A DNA stretch of 30,502 bases from a bacterium (lineage in GTDB: Bacteria; Zhuqueibacterota; Zhuqueibacteria; Oceanimicrobiales; Oceanimicrobiaceae): positions 1 to 30,502 of the forward strand of contig JBBIIG010000050.1 of the NCBI GenBank assembly GCA_037446635.1, written 5' to 3'. The notes under the pieces are model-generated. The model made no database searches and was not told the DNA's origin. It saw only the letters and a list, made by a program, of their open reading frames with translations. Below are positions 24,797 through 30,502 of this stretch, piece after piece. Each line of letters begins with the position of its first letter. Positions within the stretch are counted from its first letter, which is position 1. The translations under genes were made by a program, and so were the position numbers.

Positions 24797-25471
24797 TTAA
24801 TTATTTTTTTGAAATAGATTTTCCAGTTCGTCCGATTCGACGATTCGCACCGGCTCGTCCGCTGTGTCGGCGAGATGAGCCATGCACCACGCCACCTTCC
24901 TGGCTTCGATGGCGCGATACTTTCGCAGCGGGCCGATCAACAAGAAATTCATGGCCGGCACGATTTTGCTCGCCAGCGATTCCGCCCAGCGCCGCTCCGG
25001 GCGCTCGCCCAAAAGCAGCGACGGCCGCACGATGATCAGCCGCTCGAAATCCAGCGCTTTCAACTCTTCCTCCAGCGCGCCTTTGGTGCGCAAATAAAAA
25101 TTGGGAGACTTCGGATGCGCGCCGAGCGACGTGATGATGAGAAACCGCTCGGCGCCGGCGGCTTTCGCCAACCGTGCGGCTGCCAGCGGGTACGTGTGAT
25201 CGACTTTGATAAAATTTTCGCGGCTGCCGGCTTTTTTGATGGTGGTGCCCAGGCAGCAGAAAACGTCTTCCGCTTGAAAAAGTTTTTGCCGGCCATTCAA
25301 TTGCTCGAAGTCGAGCACCGCCTGCTGGAGTTTTGGGTGTTCGATGTTGATTGATTTTCGGCCCACCGCGGTGACGCGATCGTAGCGTTCATCGGCAAGT
25401 AAGAATTGCAGCAAATGGCCGCCGGTTAAACCGCTGGCGCCGAGCAGCAGCGCGCGCTTTTTCGGAGACAA
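24797..25471 (-). CDS. NAD(P)-binding oxidoreductase (YraR/TIP30-like)
   Basis: GASGLTG, CCLGTTIKKAGS, YLRTKG, RPSLLLG. Confidence 0.9.
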   Translation of the reverse strand: MSPKKRALLLGASGLTGGHLLQFLLADERYDRVTAVGRKSINIEHPKLQQAVLDFEQLNGRQKLFQAEDVFCCLGTTIKKAGSRENFIKVDHTYPLAAARLAKAAGAERFLIITSLGAHPKSPNFYLRTKGALEEELKALDFERLIIVRPSLLLGERPERRWAESLASKIVPAMNFLLIGPLRKYRAIEARKVAWCMAHLADTADEPVRIVESDELENLFQKNN

Positions 25472-25544
25472 GATTTATTTCCTTTCGGCGTGTGCGGCAT
25501 ATAATAATTAAAACAACATTTTTGCGCAAGTTTTTTTCTTTAAT

Positions 25545-25580
25545 CCCCTCCCCTTGGCAAGGGGAGGGTTAGGGTGGGGT
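25545..25580. repeat. C-rich/G-rich REP-like hairpin
   Basis: CCCTCCCCTTG-G-CAAGGGGAGGG-TTAGGGTGGGG. Confidence 0.75.
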
Positions 25581-25692
25581 TGGCCAATTCCCCCTTACGA
25601 AGATTCCAACCCTCGCAAAGGTGTGATCAAAACCCTTGAACCCCGGCGATATTTTGTGTACTTTGCAGCCGTCAATTCCAGAGGAGAGAGAG

Positions 25693-26868
25693 ATGGTCCC
25701 CGAGCTTCGCAAAACTTACAACGCCCAATTCACTCACGAAAAATATCATCATTTTCTAAAAGAGCTGGACGCCGCAGTCGGGATGAAAATCGATTTTCGA
25801 GTGTGCGAAACGCCGGTTTTCCTCTCCAGAGATTTGCTGCTGGAGATGCAAACCGCCGCGGCGGAAATCATTAGACAACTCAATACCCCAACTTATTTTC
25901 GTGAGTCGCTGCGCGCCGTGCCGGAGCGCTATCGCGTGCCGAATGAAGATTCGCACCCGCTGTTTCTCGCCATCGATTTTGCCATCACTCGCAGCGAACA
26001 CGGCAAGTTGACGCCGAAACTCATCGAGCTGCAGGGGTTTCCCTCGCTCTACGGATTTCAAATCGTGCTGTCGCAAACCTTTCAGCGGCTGTTCGATTTG
26101 CAGCGTCTGAATTTTCTGCTCAGCGGCCTGACACGCGATCGCTACATCACGATTTTAAAACGAGCGCTGCTGGGAAATCACGATCCCGAAAACGTCATCC
26201 TCATGGAAATTCAACCGCAGACGCAAAAGACCGCGCCGGATTTTTATTGCACTGAAAAATTCACCGGCGTGAAAGCGGTGTGCATCACGTCGTTGAAAAA
26301 ACGCGGCCGCAAGTTGTACTATCGCAAAGACGGCAAAGAGATTCCGGTGCAGCGCATTTACAATCGCGTAATCGTCGATGAGTTCGTGAAGAAAAACATC
26401 GCCATCGATTTTGATTTCCGCGACGATCTGGACGTGGAGTGGGCAGGGCACCCCAACTGGTATTTCCGCATCAGCAAGTTTTCGATTCCGTTCTTGCAGC
26501 ACCCCAATGTGCCGCGCGCGTTTTTTTTGAATGAAGTGGAATCGTATCCGGCCGATTTGCACAACTTCGTCCTCAAGCCGCTGTTCTCGTTTGCCGGCAG
26601 CGGCGTGAAAGTGGAAATCACCGCCGCCGATCTCGATGCGATTCCGGAGCCCGAGCGCAGCAATTATTTATTGCAGGAAAAGATCGATTACACGCCGGTG
26701 ATCGAGACGCCCAACGAACCCAGCAAAGTCGAAGTGCGGATGATGTTCATCTGGCCGGACGAGCCGCTGGCGGTTACGACTTTGGCTCGCCTCAGCAAAG
26801 GAAAAATGATGGGCGTGGATTACAACAAAAACAAAGATTGGGTGGGAGCGTCGTGCTGCTTGTTTTAA
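25693..26868 (+). CDS. Circularly permuted ATP-grasp-like protein
   Basis: GAGGAG RBS; IDF..KLIELQ, VLKP..FAGSGV, LLQEKI, EVRM; substrate unknown. Confidence 0.6.
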   Translation: MVPELRKTYNAQFTHEKYHHFLKELDAAVGMKIDFRVCETPVFLSRDLLLEMQTAAAEIIRQLNTPTYFRESLRAVPERYRVPNEDSHPLFLAIDFAITRSEHGKLTPKLIELQGFPSLYGFQIVLSQTFQRLFDLQRLNFLLSGLTRDRYITILKRALLGNHDPENVILMEIQPQTQKTAPDFYCTEKFTGVKAVCITSLKKRGRKLYYRKDGKEIPVQRIYNRVIVDEFVKKNIAIDFDFRDDLDVEWAGHPNWYFRISKFSIPFLQHPNVPRAFFLNEVESYPADLHNFVLKPLFSFAGSGVKVEITAADLDAIPEPERSNYLLQEKIDYTPVIETPNEPSKVEVRMMFIWPDEPLAVTTLARLSKGKMMGVDYNKNKDWVGASCCLF

Positions 26869-26881
26869 GCAAAGTCCTTCC

Positions 26882-27018
26882 CTAGCAGGTTGCTGAAAAA
26901 CTTTAAGTTCGTCCCTCGACTCCGCTCGGGATGAAGTATTTAGGCTGAACTTTTCATGGTGAGCGAAGTCGAACCATGAAGTTTGCTGCAAGAAATCAGT
27001 TTTTCAGTAACCTGCTAG
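26882..27018. mobile_element. MITE with terminal inverted repeats, flanked by CTAG
   Basis: CTAG-CAGGTTGCTGAAAAACT..AGTTTTTCAGTAACCTG-CTAG (1 mismatch); internal REP-like motifs CCCTCGACTCCGCTCGGG and CATGGTGAGCGAAGTCGAACCATG. Confidence 0.75.
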
Positions 27019-29138
27019 GGATTGGAATTAAAACTATGCAGTACCAACATTTTTTTCACAGCCGTAAATTTATCCGCCTTTAGCCGGTACAAATAAACGC
27101 CGCTGGCCACACGCCGGCCGGATTCATCTTCTCCATCCCAAATAATTTTGTGCCGGCCGGCTGCTTGCGGTCCCCGCACCAACGTGGCCACCTTTTGCCC
27201 CCGCAAATTGAAGATACTGATTTCAACTTCTGCAGCTCGTGACAGTCGGTATTCTATCACGGTTTGGAAGTTATCCGCGAGAGCGGATCCGCTTTTCCGC
27301 GAAGCGGATCCGTTCCGGAGCGGAAACGGGTTGGGATAATTCTGCGCAAGCTCGAAAGCAGAGGGCAGCGGCGAGGGTGGACTCGCCGCCACGTCGGTTA
27401 GGAAGTCTCCCTCCAAAAAGATCGGTTCGTAGCCCAATTGAATGGTGAGCAGACCGTTCTGAGTCGGAATTATCTTCACCTCCGGTTCCGTGTTTACGGT
27501 GTCGGTGATGATGGGCGTCAATAATAATTCGGCGGCATTATTTTTAGTTTTGAGGGTGATGGTTTCGCCGGTAGCAACACGATAATTCAAATCCGGCGGC
27601 GCGTCGCCGGTTTCGCTCCAGAGAATGTAAACCGGCCCGCGCCTCGGGCGATCGAATTCATAGACCCGCGTGCGCGGATTGTCACTCACCTTGATTTCTG
27701 CAGCGGTGGTGAAATCGTTCAGCTTTTCGACTAACAATTTGAGGGTGTAAAATTGCGGCTTCTCGAAGTAGTTCTGTTCACGGGTGCCGAGGAGATTGAG
27801 CCAACCACCCGGCCAGCCGCGTGTGTGGGGAAGCAGGCTGCGCGGCACATCGTTGGTGCCGGAGAACGAAACCCGTTCCGCGCCCTCGCCAAAAGCCGAC
27901 GCAAAGGATTTCACCAGCCGCCGGGCGCCCGTGGCATAGTACCAGTCCAGCGCCGCTTGATCATCCTGATTTAATTTCTGATGAAGCGTGGCGTAAGGAT
28001 CGATCCCTGGAAAAAGAGAGTTGGGGAAATCGCCGTTGATTCTTTTGACCCAGTCCGTGCCGGCAAACGGATTGGCTGGCGCATTGAATTGCGCCAAACC
28101 GGGAATGCCGGGTAGCGGCGCCAAATAGCCCTGGGCGAAAAGATTCGCCCACATGTCATCGACGTAGATGGGCTTGTTGCCGGCGTGGGCACGGATAAAA
28201 GCAAACTCCTGATCAATCACCCGCCAAGTGAAATGGGGATGCCAGCCGATGTAGTCGCATTCGATGCCGTCGGCGTCGTTGCCAAAGCTGTCGAGCATTT
28301 TTTTGAGACTGTCCCAGCCTGCCGTGTAGGTGCCGCCTTTATAGTTTTCCCCGCTCAGACGCTTGCGGATGATACTGTTGGGATCGTTAGGATCGAACTC
28401 CGGCCAATCCGGAAAATCGGCGTACAGGTCCCACAACAGCGCGCCGCTGGAGACGACTCTGGAGTTGCCCGTGGGATCGGCCTCGCGAATGGCCTGGTAA
28501 GTGATTCGATGCAGCCGCAGGAGATTATCGATGGTGTCAAACCAGAAGGGCCCCGCTTCATCATCGCCCGTGCCCTTCATACCGAATTTGATTTCGCCTT
28601 GCTGGATGTAGAATTGAATGGGTTTATCTAAATCCGGCATATCGTCATTTCCATCCTTATCATAACGCTCGACGACGGCTTTGATATAATTTATCCAGTC
28701 AGATTCGAATGCGGGTTCGGGGGCGCAGTTGTGGTACGCCACGATGTCCGGGAATGGATCAGGCAGGTCCGTGGTATCCGGCTGGCAGTCGGGCTTGCTG
28801 GGAAAAGCCCACGGCGCGTCGCAGCGCAGATACCAGGTAAAGGAAAAGCCGAAGCGCTGAAACAGTCTGACAATGGCATCGGTGGTGGCGAAGTCGATGG
28901 TATCCGAAGCGCTCTTTTGCATGGCGGCCCAACTGCCCTGACCATTCACATTGATCCCACCTCCTGGGGTGTCCAGCTTTTCCAATCTGCCAAGAAGTTG
29001 CTCGAGTACGGGGTCGCTCCATCCTAACAGCGTGCCCTCGTTCCATTCCAATCCAAACCGCCAGTCAACCTGAGCGTGGGCAGGGGGCGCGGCGGCCAAC
29101 ATAGTGACCAAAAGCATGAAAAATAGAAATCTTTTCAT
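27015..29138 (-). CDS. Secreted clan GH-A-like TIM-barrel protein with C-terminal FlgD-Ig/secretion tail
   Basis: Signal peptide; YIKAVVERYD, TYQAIREADP, DYIGWHPH, KPIYV; tail LAQNYPNPF..IFNLRGQKV..WDGED..ASGVYLYRL. Confidence 0.7.
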   Translation of the reverse strand: MKRFLFFMLLVTMLAAAPPAHAQVDWRFGLEWNEGTLLGWSDPVLEQLLGRLEKLDTPGGGINVNGQGSWAAMQKSASDTIDFATTDAIVRLFQRFGFSFTWYLRCDAPWAFPSKPDCQPDTTDLPDPFPDIVAYHNCAPEPAFESDWINYIKAVVERYDKDGNDDMPDLDKPIQFYIQQGEIKFGMKGTGDDEAGPFWFDTIDNLLRLHRITYQAIREADPTGNSRVVSSGALLWDLYADFPDWPEFDPNDPNSIIRKRLSGENYKGGTYTAGWDSLKKMLDSFGNDADGIECDYIGWHPHFTWRVIDQEFAFIRAHAGNKPIYVDDMWANLFAQGYLAPLPGIPGLAQFNAPANPFAGTDWVKRINGDFPNSLFPGIDPYATLHQKLNQDDQAALDWYYATGARRLVKSFASAFGEGAERVSFSGTNDVPRSLLPHTRGWPGGWLNLLGTREQNYFEKPQFYTLKLLVEKLNDFTTAAEIKVSDNPRTRVYEFDRPRRGPVYILWSETGDAPPDLNYRVATGETITLKTKNNAAELLLTPIITDTVNTEPEVKIIPTQNGLLTIQLGYEPIFLEGDFLTDVAASPPSPLPSAFELAQNYPNPFPLRNGSASRKSGSALADNFQTVIEYRLSRAAEVEISIFNLRGQKVATLVRGPQAAGRHKIIWDGEDESGRRVASGVYLYRLKADKFTAVKKMLVLHSFNSNP
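27273..27324. repeat. Three tandem TCCG..CGGA hairpins inserted in-frame
   Basis: Encodes PLRNGSASRKSGSALAD between NPF and N of the tail motif. Confidence 0.75.
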
Positions 29139-29153
29139 GGCACCTTCCTCCTA

Positions 29154-29186
29154 AACCTTCCGAAGGTTTCAAACCTTCGGAAGGTT
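29154..29186. repeat. REP-like perfect inverted repeat
   Basis: AACCTTCCGAAGGTTT-C-AAACCTTCGGAAGGTT. Confidence 0.85.
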
Positions 29187-29218
29187 ATTATGCCTGAGCA
29201 ACCATTTGGCGCGGCAAG

Positions 29219-29440
29219 TCAATTGGAACTGGCAACGGACGTTTTCCCGCTCCGGCTGGCCAGCCAAAACCCGCATACACTCATAGCACCAGCAAATACA
29301 AACGCAACGTAGGACATCCAGCTCTGCACCGCGAATGGGCCAATTTGAAATGTCCAGGCATTTATCGCGCGCAGCAGATGCAACAACGCCACCCCCGCGA
29401 ATACGACTGCGGAGACGATGAAATAAAGTCGATCTCTCAT
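29219..29440 (-). CDS. Small 2-TM membrane protein
   Basis: GGAGG RBS favours ATG 29440; VALLHLLR motif. Confidence 0.75.
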   Translation of the reverse strand: MRDRLYFIVSAVVFAGVALLHLLRAINAWTFQIGPFAVQSWMSYVAFVFAGAMSVCGFWLASRSGKTSVASSN

Positions 29441-29517
29441 TTTTAGTCCCTCCATTTTTAATTCGTAGAGTGAGAAACGTAAGGCATAAGAGCGAAGACG
29501 CTCTGCGTGCAACGCTC
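29435..29517. repeat. Diverged leader repeat copy 1 (partner 30241-30320)
   Basis: TCTCATTTT..CCTCCAT..TTTTA..GAG.GA.AA.CGTA..GC.TAAGAGCGAAG in both copies. Confidence 0.65.
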
Positions 29518-29565
29518 TAACAATTTCAGGATTGCCGAAGCCGAGAAACCCCTACAGGTTTTCGC

Positions 29566-30246
29566 TTATCTGCCAAAAACGATTCCGAAGGAGAGAGAGA
29601 ATTCAGGGCTGCTGTAGTTTGTCTCTGCCCCAATGCGATTGTCAAAATCCGTCACCAGACGATAGCCTGCCGCTAATCCAATCACAAATAACTTACCCAG
29701 CGAAACATCGAAACCCACCGCGAGACGCGACCCCAGGGCGGTTTCGGAGATGGTTTCCGTCCCCGTGATCGCGCCGGTTCTAACATTCGAGGCAAAGCCA
29801 AAGTATGGGCCGACGGACGCCGAGAGATAGGGTCTCACCGCATTGCTGGCGCTCATTCTAAAGGGCTGGTATTTTAATCCGAACAGCAGCGGGATGACGG
29901 CCGCCGATTCGACGAGCGTGTTGGCGCCGTTAACGGAAGTCGCGGCGTCGGCGTCTGTAACCCCGACGCTGAGGTGGAATGCCAAATTGTTTTCGAACCA
30001 GTAGGAATAATCCAGAGAACCGATAAAGCCATTGGCGCTGCTTTTGGTGGTTACGTCGCCGCTGGAGAGTTCGTTTGTGTTGCTCATTTCACTGAGTAGG
30101 CCAAAGGTAAGTTCAACGGCATGTTTGCCGCGCAGCTTCTTTTCGGGATTGGACAGGGTTTGTCCCACAATAGAAATTGGAATGGCGAGCAGTAGTAGTG
30201 TGAGTACTATTTTGAATAAGGAAATAAAAAAAATTTTGTATCTCAT
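29566..30246 (-). CDS. Outer-membrane beta-barrel protein (8-strand OmpW/OmpA-like)
   Basis: Signal peptide; alternating strands, VRPYLSASVG, terminal FSLSFGIVF. Confidence 0.8.
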   Translation of the reverse strand: MRYKIFFISLFKIVLTLLLLAIPISIVGQTLSNPEKKLRGKHAVELTFGLLSEMSNTNELSSGDVTTKSSANGFIGSLDYSYWFENNLAFHLSVGVTDADAATSVNGANTLVESAAVIPLLFGLKYQPFRMSASNAVRPYLSASVGPYFGFASNVRTGAITGTETISETALGSRLAVGFDVSLGKLFVIGLAAGYRLVTDFDNRIGAETNYSSPEFSLSFGIVFGR

Positions 30247-30320
30247 TTTACGCCTCCATCTTTTAGTTGGTGGAGCGAAAAGCGTAGAGCGTAAGAGCGA
30301 AGCCCGTTCGCACTACGTTC
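30241..30320. repeat. Diverged leader repeat copy 2
   Basis: Aligns with 29435-29517 including RBS and ATGAGA start. Confidence 0.65.
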
Positions 30321-30395
30321 ATCCTTTTTGCTGTTGTTTGAACCGCAAATTAGTTTCACCTCCCTTCACTTGCATTGCGTTCTTGAGGTCGCGAT

Positions 30396-30500
30396 TCACT
30401 TCCCGTGCAAAACAATAGTAATCTGCGGAAAATCCAGCCGGTACCCGACAATAAACACCTCGCGGCCATCAGTCCACACATCCTCGTATTGCACGTCTGG
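30396..30500 (-). CDS. C-terminal end of a beta-rich protein (runs off the window)
   Basis: Hand translation PDVQYEDVWTDGREVFIVGYRLDFPQITIVLHGK*. Confidence 0.6.
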   Translation of the reverse strand, partial: PDVQYEDVWTDGREVFIVGYRLDFPQITIVLHGK

Positions 30501-30502
30501 AA

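Noticed and set aside
20264..26868. GYQP peptide as graspetide precursor for the ATP-grasp-like enzyme
   Set aside because: Over 5 kb apart with unrelated genes between, different base composition, no typical core motif
29441..29512. Longer start of the small membrane gene
   Set aside because: Lies in the repeat tract; RBS supports 29440

Overview
Bacterial chromosomal window, GC-rich coding with AT-rich patches. The long three-domain IspG, a secreted protein with a QNYPNPF/FlgD-Ig tail and many REP-like palindromes suggest an FCB-group or KSB1-like organism (inference). Backbone genes encode a PLP fold-type II enzyme, a YgeY-family M20 hydrolase, DgkA, a matrixin-like lipoprotein, a SPOR+propeller lipoprotein, an orphan MacA-like adaptor, an esterase, a cold-shock protein, a ferritin-like protein, a YtcJ-like amidohydrolase, IspG, NFACT-R, DinB, a YraR-like protein, an ATP-grasp-like protein, a clan-A-like glycosidase and a beta-barrel OMP. 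Accessory material: (1) a ~3.1 kb block between a truncated and an intact, diverged ygeY copy, with a TetR regulon, two matching operators and deletion-eroded gene remnants; (2) a stand-alone helicase-less Type ISP-like R-M gene; (3) an AT-rich two-gene module, a DUF6338-like TM + Sm-like protein plus a GYQP/PPxGGSG peptide, coupled to ispG - the best candidate for an undescribed system; (4) Fic and LuxR remnants around an orphan HigA; (5) many REP/MITE-like elements, two inserted in-frame in genes. No rRNA, tRNA, CRISPR array, integrase or transposase seen. All family calls are by eye from motifs; no database search was run.
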